A DNA stretch of 64,000 nucleotides from an uncultured Desulfovibrio sp. GTDB lineage: Bacteria; Desulfobacterota; Desulfovibrionia; Desulfovibrionales; Desulfovibrionaceae. The stretch lies in assembly GCF_949282365.1 (NCBI RefSeq), contig NZ_CASDOY010000004.1:19690-83689 (forward strand), read 5' to 3'. Below the pieces are notes generated by a model. That model did no database searches. It worked only from the letters and a program-made list of their open reading frames with translations, and was not told where the DNA came from. The first letter of the stretch is position 1; each line of letters opens with the position of its first letter. Positions 48,231-58,154 of this stretch are shown one piece after another. The translations under genes and the position numbers were made by a program.

Positions 48231-50943
48231 GCTTTTCCTCCGTTTCGGGGGCATCGGCCCAGAGTTTTTTCCATTCCATGATGAGCTTGAGCGCCGCCAG
48301 CGGCGAAAGGGTCTCCGGGTCCAGATCGCGCAACAGCAGGACCAGCGGATGCGGCCCGGCTTCCGGCGCGGCCGGGATATCCACGGGCAGGGCCGGCGGC
48401 TCGTCACGGGAGACGCGCTTTTCCATGCCGGGCAGGGCCAGACTGGCCGTCTGCGGCGACATGCGCCGGCCCTCGCCCCGGCTCTGCTCCAGCTCGATGA
48501 GGATGGTCCGCGCCCGCTGCACCACCGGAGCGGGCACACCGGCCAGCCGGGCCACCTCCACGCCGTAGCTGCGATCCGCGGGCCCGGGCACCAGCTTGTG
48601 CAGGAACAGGATGTCGCCGCCGTATTCCCGGATGGCGATGTTCATGGTGAACACGCCGGGGATGCACTTTTCCAGCGCTGTCAGCTCGTGGTAATGGGTG
48701 GCGAACAGGGTGCGGACCTCACCGCGGGCGCGCCCGGCCAGATCTTCCACCACGGCCCAGGCCAGGGCCACACCGTCATAGGTGCTGGTGCCGCGCCCGA
48801 TCTCGTCCAGGATCACCAGACTGCGTTTGGTGGCCTGACGCAGGATGCGGGCCGTCTCCATCATCTCCACCATGAAGGTGCTCTGCCCCTGGGCCAGATT
48901 GTCCGACGCGCCCACGCGCGAGAACAGGCGATCCACCAGCCCCAGCCGCGCCCGGGTGGCCGGTACCATGGAGCCGGTCTGAGCCAGCAGGCAGATGATG
49001 GCCACCTGACGCAGCACCGTGGACTTGCCCGCCATATTGGGCCCCGTGAGCAGACACAGGCGCCGCCGGGCGTCCAGGGTGATGCTGTTGGGCACGAAAT
49101 TGGCCTGCCCGATCATGGCTTCCACCACAGGATGGCGCCCTTCCTCGATGAGGATGTCGGCACTGCTGTCCAGCTCGGGACGGCACCAGCCGTTGCGGCG
49201 GCCCACTTCGGCCAGGCTCTGCCAGTAATCCAGATGCGCGATGACGTCCGCCATGTGCAGGATGCGTTCCCGCTGCTGGGCCATGAAGGCGCGCAGATCC
49301 TGATACAGCTGATATTCCAGTGTCTTGCGCTTTTCGGAAGCAGAGAGGAGCGCCTCCTCCAGCTCCTTGAGCGCCGGGGTGGTGAAGCGCTCGGCATTGG
49401 CCAGGGTCTGGCGGCGGATGAAATGTTCCGGCACGGGCCCGCTGTGCGCGGCCTTGCTCAATTCATAGTAGTAGCCGAAGACCCGGTTGAAGCCCAGCTT
49501 GAGCTTGGCGATACCGGTCTGCTGCTGTTCGCGGACCAGTTCCTCCTGGAGCTTTTGCTCGCCGTGGTCCACCAGATCCAGCAGACGGTCCAGCTCGGCA
49601 TTGTAGCCGACCTTGAACAGCCCCCCTTCCGTGATGACCACCGGCGGGCTGTCCACCAGCGCGCTGCGCAGCAGGCGGGCGCAATCGCCCAGATCGTCCC
49701 AGCCCTTGAGCAGCTCGTAGACGACCCGGGGCGCGTACTCGCCGTTTTCCTGCCCGGCCAGCGGATAGCTGCCGTCCGTCGGCCGGGTCAGGGCCGCATG
49801 CACCGCCGGCAGGGCCGCAAGGCTGTTGCCGAGTGCGATGAAGTCCCGCGGCGTGGCCCGGTTGACCGTCACGCGCGTGGACAGGCGCTCCAGATCGTAG
49901 ACATCCTTGAGGGCTTCCCGCAGCAGGGCGCGGCGGCCGTCATCGTCATGCAGCAGGGCCACCGCCTCCTGGACGGCCAGGATGGGCGCGGTCTCGCGCC
50001 AGGGATGCCGCAGCATGTCTTCCAGCAGGCGGCCGCCCATGGGCGTCATGGTATCGTCCAGCACATGGCGCAGGGTCCCCTTGCCCTTGCGCCCGTTGAG
50101 GCGCTGGAAGATCTCCAGATTGCGCTCCGTCACCTCGTCCACCAGCATATGCCGGCCCAGGTCCAGAGGCTGGAAGGGCATCAAATGCTCGGGGCGGCGT
50201 TTCTGGGTCTGCTCCAGATAGATGAGCAGCGCCCCGCAGGCCCGCACCAGGCAGGGCTTGTTCCGCAGCCCCAGAGCCGCCAGCTCCTGCACGGCCTGGG
50301 CCTCCAGCAGACGACGCTCGGCCCGGCGGGCATCGAAGGCGGCCGCGGGACGGCGCAACAGGCGCACGCCTTCCAGCAGGCATTTGGGCGGCAGCTCCCT
50401 GTCGTCCGGCACCAGCAGCTCGCGCGGCGCCAGCTTCTGTATCCACTGCCAGAGCTCGGGCAGACGCCTGACCTCCATGCCGGACCATTGCCCTGTGGAG
50501 ATGTCCGCCCAGACGAAGGCCCCGCTCTGCCCTTCCCAGAAGGCGGCCCCCAGATAATTGTGGCTGCGGGCGTCCAGATTGGCGTCTTCCAGCACGGTGC
50601 CGGGCGTCACCACGCAGGTGACGGCCCGCTGGACGAGGCCCTTGGCGGCCTTGGGGTCCTCGGTCTGGTCGCAGATGGCCACATGGAAGCCCTTGTCGAT
50701 GAGCTGGGCGATGTAGGCCTGCGCGGCATGCCAGGGCACGCCGCACATGGGCACGGGGTTCTCCGTGTCCCGGCTGCGGCTGGTCAGGGCTATCTGCAGC
50801 TCCCGGGCCGCCGTGACGGCGTCGTCGAAGAAGAGCTCGTAAAAGTCGCCCATCCGGTAGAACAGCAGCGCGTCAGGATACTCCGCCTTGATGCGCAGAT
50901 ACTGCTCGAACATGGGGGTCAGTTTTGGGTTTTTTTCTGCCAT
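48223..50943 (-). CDS. mutS: DNA mismatch repair protein MutS
   Basis: TPMFEQY; GDFYELF; GPNMAGKST; STFMVEM; DEIGRGT. Confidence 0.98.
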   Translation of the reverse strand: MAEKNPKLTPMFEQYLRIKAEYPDALLFYRMGDFYELFFDDAVTAARELQIALTSRSRDTENPVPMCGVPWHAAQAYIAQLIDKGFHVAICDQTEDPKAAKGLVQRAVTCVVTPGTVLEDANLDARSHNYLGAAFWEGQSGAFVWADISTGQWSGMEVRRLPELWQWIQKLAPRELLVPDDRELPPKCLLEGVRLLRRPAAAFDARRAERRLLEAQAVQELAALGLRNKPCLVRACGALLIYLEQTQKRRPEHLMPFQPLDLGRHMLVDEVTERNLEIFQRLNGRKGKGTLRHVLDDTMTPMGGRLLEDMLRHPWRETAPILAVQEAVALLHDDDGRRALLREALKDVYDLERLSTRVTVNRATPRDFIALGNSLAALPAVHAALTRPTDGSYPLAGQENGEYAPRVVYELLKGWDDLGDCARLLRSALVDSPPVVITEGGLFKVGYNAELDRLLDLVDHGEQKLQEELVREQQQTGIAKLKLGFNRVFGYYYELSKAAHSGPVPEHFIRRQTLANAERFTTPALKELEEALLSASEKRKTLEYQLYQDLRAFMAQQRERILHMADVIAHLDYWQSLAEVGRRNGWCRPELDSSADILIEEGRHPVVEAMIGQANFVPNSITLDARRRLCLLTGPNMAGKSTVLRQVAIICLLAQTGSMVPATRARLGLVDRLFSRVGASDNLAQGQSTFMVEMMETARILRQATKRSLVILDEIGRGTSTYDGVALAWAVVEDLAGRARGEVRTLFATHYHELTALEKCIPGVFTMNIAIREYGGDILFLHKLVPGPADRSYGVEVARLAGVPAPVVQRARTILIELEQSRGEGRRMSPQTASLALPGMEKRVSRDEPPALPVDIPAAPEAGPHPLVLLLRDLDPETLSPLAALKLIMEWKKLWADAPETEEKHG

Positions 50944-51021
50944 AGGTCCAAGATGCGCAGCGGCGCTGCCCAAAGACAGCGCCGCTGCAAAAATATGCGC
51001 CTGGATGCGCAGGGAAAGGGG

Positions 51022-51462
51022 CTAGGCCTTGTCGGGATCGGGAGCGGCCACTTCTTCCGCCGCAGGAGCGGCCTTTTCCTTGGCGGGAGCGGCCTCGATC
51101 GCCTGGGCCTTCTCCTGGGAGACCTTGCGGAGGAAGTTGCCGCGGGCGGTCTCGCCGTCCAGGTTCTTCTTCAGCTTGGCCACTTCACGTTCCAGCGAGG
51201 ACACGCGCCACTTGGTCTTCATGTAACGGGCCGTGAGGTGCATCTTGTCCCACACCAGCAGGGCCACCGCCAGCAGGGCGCCCACGAAGAAGGCCACGAT
51301 GACGATGAAATAGAACGGCAGCGGGATGGACGTCATCTCAGGCACGAAGAAGAGATTGAGTTTGAGCGTCATGGCCGTGGACAGGGGCGCCTGGTTCTGG
51401 AAGAAGAAAACCAGGCTGAAGAAAATCAGGACAACAAGTAGCAGGACCTTTACATAGCGCAT
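51022..51462 (-). CDS. LapA (DUF1049) family membrane protein
   Basis: FFFQN motif, two TM helices, coiled coil. Confidence 0.75.
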   Translation of the reverse strand: MRYVKVLLLVVLIFFSLVFFFQNQAPLSTAMTLKLNLFFVPEMTSIPLPFYFIVIVAFFVGALLAVALLVWDKMHLTARYMKTKWRVSSLEREVAKLKKNLDGETARGNFLRKVSQEKAQAIEAAPAKEKAAPAAEEVAAPDPDKA

Positions 51463-51487
51463 AGTCTCCTCCTCTGCGCGGTGGTGT

Positions 51488-51970
51488 TCAGAACCGGTCG
51501 AAATATGGCTTCAGATGGGCATAACTGCTGCGCAGGTGCTCCGGGATGGTCCGCACTTCGTCCATCACGGCCATGAAGGAGGAATCCCCGTTCCACCGCG
51601 GCACAAGATGGAAATGCAGATGTTCCCGGATACCGGCTCCGGCGGCCTGCCCCTGATTGAGGCCGATATTGATGCCCTCGCAGTGAAAATGTTCCTGCAG
51701 CACCAGGGTACAGCGCTGCATCAGGTCCATGATCTCGTGCGTCTCATCCGTTTCAAGCTGGGCCAGCGCCATCACATGCCGATAGGGACAGACCATGATG
51801 TGCCCGTTGCTGTACGGAAATTTGTTCATGATCACAAAAGCATGCCTGCCCCGGTACAGGACCAGCCGTTCCTCGTCTTCGTCCCTGCTTTCGGGAAGGC
51901 AAAAGACGCAGCTGTCCGGTTTGGGGCCGAGGATGTACTCGATGCGCCAGGGCGTCCACAACTGTTTCAT
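51488..51970 (-). CDS. HIT family hydrolase (Ap4A phosphorylase-like)
   Basis: LWTPWR; NKFPY..GH; HLHFHLVPRW.GD. Confidence 0.92.
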   Translation of the reverse strand: MKQLWTPWRIEYILGPKPDSCVFCLPESRDEDEERLVLYRGRHAFVIMNKFPYSNGHIMVCPYRHVMALAQLETDETHEIMDLMQRCTLVLQEHFHCEGINIGLNQGQAAGAGIREHLHFHLVPRWNGDSSFMAVMDEVRTIPEHLRSSYAHLKPYFDRF

Positions 51971-52032
51971 TTTCTTTTCCTCAATACACGGCTTGCGCTC
52001 CAAGGGCAAGTCCTGCCCAGGATGCCGTTCGT

Positions 52033-54717
52033 TTATTTAGGAAATACGCCTTCCTGCCGGGCCATGTCCAGAGCCAGGCGCCGCTGGCTGTCGGCATCAG
52101 GAGCCCGCCCGTCCAGCTTGCTGATCAGGATGGCCCGCAGGATGCGCCCGAACAGCGGCCCCGGAGCTATGCCCATGTCGCGCAGATCCCGCCCGTCGAT
52201 ATCCGGCTTTTCCTGCCGCCACTGGGTGATGTGGCGGGAAAGGTTCTTCCGCAGTCCGCCGTCTTCCACGCTGGCCATGATGTAGAGCAAAAATTCCAGC
52301 GAGAGCTTTTCCAGCAGCAGGCACAGCTCGCTGATCCGGCCCGTGCCGTTCTCAAAATCCTTCTGCCAGCGCGCCAGCTTGGGCTGGACGTGGCGCATGG
52401 ATTCGCGTTGCTGCAAGATCTCCTGCTTGCGCCCTTCCGGCAGGCCCAGCGCCGAGAAGTTGGCGGACACGTCGGCATAATTCAGCCGGTGCCCCAGAGC
52501 CAGGAAATAGACCAGCCAGTTCTCGACACCTTCATCGAAATACAGCAGGCGGTACCAGTTGAGCATGGAGCGGACCTCCTGCAGGACCTGGCGTTTGCTC
52601 GGCGTCAGGGCCAGAGCGGGGCCCAGGGCCCGCAGCAGGCCCAGCGCATCCAAGCGCTCAAAACAGGCCACAGGATCGTCTTCATCGCATATATGATTAT
52701 ATTCGTTGAAGATACGCTTTCCGGAAAGTTTGTCCAGCATGTGCAGGCTGAGCAGGTTCTTGATGAGCTTTTCCGCGCTGGGCCCGATGTGGAAGCCATA
52801 GCGCTGTTCAAAGCGCACCGCGCGCAGGCTGCGCGTGGGGTCTTCCACGAAGCTGAGGGTATGCAGCACCCGCAGGACCCCTTCCTTGATGTCCCGCTGG
52901 CCGCCGAAAAAGTCCACCAGCTGCCCGTAGGGCGTGCAATCCAGCCTGATGGCCAGGGCGTTGATGGTGAAATCGCGCCGGAACAGATCCATCTTAATGG
53001 AGGAGAGCTCCACCGTGGGCAGGGCCGCGGGCGATTCGTAATATTCCAGGCGGGCGGTGGCCACGTCGATGCGCTGCTCCGCGCCGTCTTCGTCATGGTA
53101 GATGACCATGGAGGTCAGGAACTTGCGGTGTTCGCGCACCCGGCCGCCCAGCTTTTCGGCCAGGGCCCGGGCAAAGGCCGCCCCCTCGCCCTCCACCACG
53201 AAATCCACATCGTGGTTGGGCCGGTCCAGCAAGAGATCGCGCACGAAACCGCCCACCACATAGACCGGCATGGCCAGCTGCTGCCCCAGCTGCCCGGCCA
53301 GCTCCAGCAGGCTGCGCACCCGCGCGGGCAGGCGGTCCCGCAAGAGCTTGGCCACATTGCGCTCGCGCGAGGGGCTTTCCTGATAATCCAGGATCTGGCC
53401 CGGCTCGGACGTGATGACGTTGATCAGGTCCGTACGGGTCACCACGCCCACCACCAGCCCCTTTTCCACGATGGGCACCAGACGCTGGCGGCCGCCGACG
53501 ATGATGGACGAGATGTCCCGCAGGGGCGCGTCCGGCGCCAGGGATTTGATATTGCGGCGCATGTAGTCATCCACGGGCCTGTCGCCCAGCTTGTGGCTGG
53601 TGGCGCGGGACGCCGTCTGCGCGTCCAGGATGCCCACGCACTGGCGCGTCCCCGGCTTGAAGACCGGCACGGCCTTGAGGCCGAAGTGCATCATCAGGGT
53701 ATCGGCCTCGCGCATGCTGCGATCCGAGTCGATGCCCACCGCCGGCGAGGACATATAATCGCTGGCGGTCTTGTCCTGCCCTGCCTGCATGTGCAGGTTG
53801 CGCACGATGGCATCATGGACTTCATTGAGGGTCAGGTTGCGGATGGAAGCCGACGCGGCATAGGCATGGCCCCCGCCGCCCAGCTCGGCGCAGATCCGCC
53901 CCACGTTGACGGCGTCGCTGCGGCTGCGCGCCACCACCTGCACCCTGTCCTCCATGCGTCCCACGGCGAACAGGACCGTGAATTTCTCCATCTCCATCAA
54001 CCGGTGCGCCAGGTAGGCGAAATCCCCCAGATAATGTTCCATGGAGGCTTCGGCGATGACCACCTGCTCATTGTTGATGGTATAGACGCGCGCCGATTCC
54101 AGCAGGCTGTTGAGGGCCCGCACATGCAGGCTGGTCAGCTCGTGGGCCGCCATTTCGTTGATGGCGTTGACGTCCATGCCCTGGGTCAGCAGCCAGGCCG
54201 AACTTTCAAAATCCAGCGGCGTGGTGGAACTGTAGGTGAAGGAGCCCGTATCCCCGTAAATGCCCAGCCCCAGCAGGGTGGCATCCTCACTTTCCAGGCT
54301 TATCCCCCGCTGGCGCAGCTCCCGGACCAGAAGGGCCGTGACGGACCCCACGGTCTCCACATGGCTTTCGTGGGCCTGCACGTCTTCCGACGAGGCCGGA
54401 TGATGATCCCAGACCTCGACATGCACGCCTTCCCTGTCCAGCAGTGCGGAGACATGGCGGACCCGCTCGCGCTGCCGGGTGTCCACCAGCACCAGACGGC
54501 GGATATCGTCCCAGGGGATGTCCCCGCTCTCGGTCAGATGATAGCGTTTGGCATCCAGCGTGGCGACGACCTTCTGCAAGCCCCGCTCCTGCGTGCCCGG
54601 GAACAGCAGCAGGCTGTCCGGGTACAGGAAAAGGGCCGCGAGCATGGCGGCAAAGGAATCGAAATCGGCATTGGCATGGCAGGTGACCAGTGTCCCGGAA
54701 AAGGATGCGGACATCAC
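52033..54717 (-). CDS. DHH-CBS-tRNA nucleotidyltransferase (CCA/A-adding, poly(A) polymerase family)
   Basis: H.NADFD and DHH motifs; GGGH; CBS pair; VGGFVRD; DVDFV; RRDFTINA; EDPTR. Confidence 0.92.
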   Translation of the reverse strand: MMSASFSGTLVTCHANADFDSFAAMLAALFLYPDSLLLFPGTQERGLQKVVATLDAKRYHLTESGDIPWDDIRRLVLVDTRQRERVRHVSALLDREGVHVEVWDHHPASSEDVQAHESHVETVGSVTALLVRELRQRGISLESEDATLLGLGIYGDTGSFTYSSTTPLDFESSAWLLTQGMDVNAINEMAAHELTSLHVRALNSLLESARVYTINNEQVVIAEASMEHYLGDFAYLAHRLMEMEKFTVLFAVGRMEDRVQVVARSRSDAVNVGRICAELGGGGHAYAASASIRNLTLNEVHDAIVRNLHMQAGQDKTASDYMSSPAVGIDSDRSMREADTLMMHFGLKAVPVFKPGTRQCVGILDAQTASRATSHKLGDRPVDDYMRRNIKSLAPDAPLRDISSIIVGGRQRLVPIVEKGLVVGVVTRTDLINVITSEPGQILDYQESPSRERNVAKLLRDRLPARVRSLLELAGQLGQQLAMPVYVVGGFVRDLLLDRPNHDVDFVVEGEGAAFARALAEKLGGRVREHRKFLTSMVIYHDEDGAEQRIDVATARLEYYESPAALPTVELSSIKMDLFRRDFTINALAIRLDCTPYGQLVDFFGGQRDIKEGVLRVLHTLSFVEDPTRSLRAVRFEQRYGFHIGPSAEKLIKNLLSLHMLDKLSGKRIFNEYNHICDEDDPVACFERLDALGLLRALGPALALTPSKRQVLQEVRSMLNWYRLLYFDEGVENWLVYFLALGHRLNYADVSANFSALGLPEGRKQEILQQRESMRHVQPKLARWQKDFENGTGRISELCLLLEKLSLEFLLYIMASVEDGGLRKNLSRHITQWRQEKPDIDGRDLRDMGIAPGPLFGRILRAILISKLDGRAPDADSQRRLALDMARQEGVFPK

Positions 54718-55652
54718 GACTGACTCCGTGGATGGAACTGCCTGTGCAGGGCATGCAGACGCCCGGCCTGCACATGGGTGTAGATTTCCGTGGCGCTGAT
54801 GTCGGCATGGCCCAGCAAAAGCTGCACGGAACGCAGATCAGCGCCGCCCTCAAGCAGATGGGTGGCGAAGGAATGACGGAAGGTATGCGGCGAAATGGCG
54901 CGGCGTATCCCGGCCAACAAGGCGTACTTTTTGACCATTTTCCAGACATACTGGCGGGTCAGGCCCTTGCCGGAACGGTTGAGGAACAGGTGGCGGCTCC
55001 GGGGGGAGAAATCGGCGCGCCAGTGCTCCAGCCATTGCTGCAACAGGTCCAGCACCAGCGCGTGCAGCGGCACCAGCCTGTCCTTGGCCCCCTTGCCGGA
55101 GACCAGCACCAGGCCGCGCTGCATGTCGACGTCGGACACCAGCAGATTACAGACCTCCGAAACGCGCAGGCCCGCCGCGTAGAGCATCTCCAGCAGGCAG
55201 CGATCGCGGCGGCCGCATTTCTCGCGCATGTCCGGCAGTTGCAGCAGGCGCTCCATCTCGGCCCTGCTCAGGACTTCCGGCAAATACCGGGGCAGGCGCG
55301 GGCTTTCCAGCAGGGCGGCGGGATTGGCGTCCAGCAGGCCCTCTTCCAGCGCGTATTCAAAGAAGCCCCGCAGGGCCGACAAGCGCCGGGCCAGGGTGCG
55401 CCCTGCATTTTTCCTGCCCCGCAGCCAGGCCAGGTACAGAAAGATGTCATGCTCGTCCAGGCTGGCCTTGTCGCTCTCCCCCAGCTCTTCCCAAAAAAGA
55501 AAGAAGTTCTCCAGATCCTGCCGGTAAGAAACGACCGTGCGCATGGAAAGGCCCCGCTGGGCCAGCAGGAAATCCCCCCAGCCGGGGATCTGCTTCTTCA
55601 GCGTCTGCAAGGGGCACGCAGGGGCCGCAGATGACAAGTTTTTTTCCGCCAT
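54714..55652 (-). CDS. xerD: Tyrosine recombinase XerD
   Basis: LYAAGLRVSE; GKG.K.R; PHTFRHSFATHLLEGGADLRSVQ.LLGH; TEIYTHV; housekeeping context. Confidence 0.85.
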   Translation of the reverse strand: MAEKNLSSAAPACPLQTLKKQIPGWGDFLLAQRGLSMRTVVSYRQDLENFFLFWEELGESDKASLDEHDIFLYLAWLRGRKNAGRTLARRLSALRGFFEYALEEGLLDANPAALLESPRLPRYLPEVLSRAEMERLLQLPDMREKCGRRDRCLLEMLYAAGLRVSEVCNLLVSDVDMQRGLVLVSGKGAKDRLVPLHALVLDLLQQWLEHWRADFSPRSRHLFLNRSGKGLTRQYVWKMVKKYALLAGIRRAISPHTFRHSFATHLLEGGADLRSVQLLLGHADISATEIYTHVQAGRLHALHRQFHPRSQS

Positions 55653-55727
55653 GCCGCCATGCTAGCTGCCTTGGGCGGAATGGGCAAGATTTTTGACAGG
55701 AAGCGGGCAAATGTCTACAACCGGGGC

Positions 55728-56240
55728 ATGACCGCACCCACCATCACCGCCTTTGTCTGTCTGGGTTCCAATACGCCGGATGCGGCGCGGATGCTCGCCC
55801 TGGCGGCGGAACGCCTGCGCTCCCTGCCCCATGCCCGCGTGGAGGCGCTCTCCGGCGTCTACCTCACCGAACCGCAGGACTATGCCGACCAGCCCTGGTT
55901 CCACAATCAGGTGGTCCGCCTGGCGCTGGAAAGCCTCTGGACGCCCCAGGGCCTCGTGCGGGCGCTGCTCACGGAAGAACAGCTGCTGGGCAGGCAGCGC
56001 AGCGCCGATCCCGCCCTGCGTTTCGGGCCGCGCTGCATCGACATGGACCTGCTGCTCTTTGGCGACGCCGTCTGCACGGCCCCGGAAAGCATCGTCCCCC
56101 ATCCGCGCATGTGCCGCCGCGCCTTTGTCCTCATCCCCCTGCGCGACGTGGGCGCGGAGTGCCGCATCCACGGACGGACGCCCGCGGAGTGGCTGGCTGG
56201 GCTCGACTATCGACAGGAAGGTCGGAGAATTTTTCAGTGA
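55728..56240 (+). CDS. folK: 2-amino-4-hydroxy-6-hydroxymethyldihydropteridine diphosphokinase
   Basis: LGSN; QPWF.N.V; GPR.IDMDLL; VPHPRM..RAFVL.PL. Confidence 0.93.
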   Translation: MTAPTITAFVCLGSNTPDAARMLALAAERLRSLPHARVEALSGVYLTEPQDYADQPWFHNQVVRLALESLWTPQGLVRALLTEEQLLGRQRSADPALRFGPRCIDMDLLLFGDAVCTAPESIVPHPRMCRRAFVLIPLRDVGAECRIHGRTPAEWLAGLDYRQEGRRIFQ

Positions 56241-56319
56241 CGCGCAAAAGCTCTTGTGCTATCCTGACTTACCAAGAAAGAACGAAGTCCCTGTACCCGC
56301 AGGGTGAAGGAGCGACCAC

Positions 56320-56613
56320 ATGTGGAAATGGCTTGTGCTGGGTCTGGCCATCTACGTCCTGTACCGACTGTTTGCCAATGACTTCCTGAAAAAGAAAAAA
56401 GAGAACGCCGAGGACCAGGCCGCCGAAGTGGAGCGCAAGGTCGCTGCCGGCGAAATGGTCAAAGACCCTGAATGCGGCACCTATGTGTCCGTGGACGGCA
56501 ACATCTCCGTGCGCGACGGCGACAAGGTCTACCGCTTCTGCAGCTACGAATGCCGCGACAAATTCCTGGAGCGCCTGCAGGCAGGCGGCCGCGAGCTGCC
56601 CCCCCGCGACTAG
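56320..56613 (+). CDS. YHS/TRASH metal-binding domain protein with N-terminal TM helix
   Basis: MVKDPECGTYV; YRFCSYECRDKF. Confidence 0.82.
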   Translation: MWKWLVLGLAIYVLYRLFANDFLKKKKENAEDQAAEVERKVAAGEMVKDPECGTYVSVDGNISVRDGDKVYRFCSYECRDKFLERLQAGGRELPPRD

Positions 56614-56737
56614 ACAAGCTTTCCACACCGTTTTTTCGAGCCCGTGGCTGCACGGGCTTTTTCTTTGCATACCAGAAGAGCCCCCGCCATGCGGGGGCTC
56701 TTCTCCGTACGCGGGCACGCGACCCGGCGCTGATGAA

Positions 56738-56861
56738 CAAAAAAGGCGACCAGCAGAACTGATCGCCTGAATTTGCGTGGTGCGCCCGAAGAGATTCGAA
56801 CTCCTGGCCTACAGGTTCGTAGCCTGTTGCTCTATCCAGCTGAGCTACGAGCGCGTCGTGA
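56738..56861. repeat. 124-bp direct repeat of 44323-44446 (tRNA-Arg plus its terminator)
   Basis: Runs caaaaaaggcgaccagcagaactgatcgcctgaatttgc...gagcgcgtcgtga, with one mismatch (44362 a, 56777 g). Confidence 0.92.
56778..56854 (-). tRNA. tRNA-Arg (ACG), copy 2
   Basis: Identical to 44363-44439. Confidence 0.96.
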
Positions 56862-57141
56862 AAAGGTATGTATAGAAAACGACCGGCAACGTCAAGCGTT
56901 TATCAAAAGAAATTTATGCAAAAAAACGGACCGGGCGGGACAGGCGGAGCAGCGTCCCCGTGGTCCGCGACGCGGACGGCGAAAGGCGGCCGGACCGCCT
57001 GCGGTCCAGGCCCGGCAGGAGGGCTGACCGGCAGCGCCTCTGCCCCGCACCGCTGAAGGCATGAAGCCTCCCGCCGCGTCCGGCGGCGCTTCCCGGCTCC
57101 CCTCCCGGCGCGGGGCACGCGGGCGATCCCCTTCTTTTCGT

Positions 57142-58152
57142 TCAGCGTTGCCTGCGATTGTTTTCCTTGCGGGCATAGAACTCCCGTTTGGCCAGGTACA
57201 TCTTTTTGTCCGCTTCGTTGATCTGCTCGTCGATGCGGCTCTGCCCGGAACGCCAGGAGAGGCCGCAGGCCATGGAGATGCCCGCTTCCCGCAGTTCGCG
57301 CAGCGCGGTACTGGCATGGGCGTGGAAAACGTCCCTGTCGGACTCGTCGTCGATGGCGATGAACTCGTCTCCGCCGATGCGGTAGACCTTGTTGCCGAAG
57401 CTCCGCAAAAGACAGGCGGCCGTCCGGCGGATGAGGTCGTCACCGGCCTGATGGCCCTGGAGGTCGTTGATCTTTTTCAGGCCGTTCACATCGAAATAGG
57501 CGATACCGAGGCTGCCGCACGCATGGCGCAGGGCTTCGCACACCTGGTTGAACCTGTTTCTGTTGTACAGCCCGGTGGCAAGGTCCGTGACCGACATGCG
57601 CACGATGACCTCATGCTGTGCGGCGAGCTGCTGCTTCTGGATCTCGATCTGTTCCCGAAAATATTTGCGGGACTCGAAGGACATTTTTTCAGGAAAGCCG
57701 ATATCCGTCGGGTCCATCTCGCTGTAAGGATTGGACAGATGGAGATGACAGCAGCGGGGCCCCTCTCCGGTCCAGCGGAACACGGTGGTGATGCGCTGAT
57801 GTACGCGCAGGAAGACCCCGGAAGCAGGAGGCGTGGCGATCCACAGCCGGCCCGTGCAGATGAAGATGTCCGCCGCCGGCTGGATGACGTCATAGCGTTC
57901 ATCGGAGATCTCGCAGCGGGGCACCCTGCCCGCGAAGGACTGGAAGATCCTGCGCACTATCTCCGGATCGACGGCATATTCCTGCTCCGCCGCGCCGATC
58001 CAGCTGAACACCGCATCCACATGATCGAGGAACAGCTCCGTATCGTTCTCGCAGTAATGCCTGTGCAGGAACAGGCTGACGAGCTCCGCGAGCTGCTGTT
58101 TTTTTTCATCGTCCGTCAAAGGGCGCTGTTGCATATGTGGCTCCTCGCGCAT
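57142..58152 (-). CDS. Diguanylate cyclase with N-terminal SnoaL/NTF2-like domain
   Basis: D.ATGLYNR; DVNGLKKIND..GH.AGD; YRIGGDEF; ADKKMY.AK; N-terminal WIG...HQRITTVF...HLHLS. Confidence 0.88.
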   Translation of the reverse strand: MREEPHMQQRPLTDDEKKQQLAELVSLFLHRHYCENDTELFLDHVDAVFSWIGAAEQEYAVDPEIVRRIFQSFAGRVPRCEISDERYDVIQPAADIFICTGRLWIATPPASGVFLRVHQRITTVFRWTGEGPRCCHLHLSNPYSEMDPTDIGFPEKMSFESRKYFREQIEIQKQQLAAQHEVIVRMSVTDLATGLYNRNRFNQVCEALRHACGSLGIAYFDVNGLKKINDLQGHQAGDDLIRRTAACLLRSFGNKVYRIGGDEFIAIDDESDRDVFHAHASTALRELREAGISMACGLSWRSGQSRIDEQINEADKKMYLAKREFYARKENNRRQR

Positions 58153-58154
58153 GT

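Noticed and set aside
54714-55652. Phage or island integrase acting on the tRNA-Arg repeats
   Set aside because: Motifs and context (overlap with the tRNA nucleotidyltransferase gene, next to folK) fit housekeeping XerD
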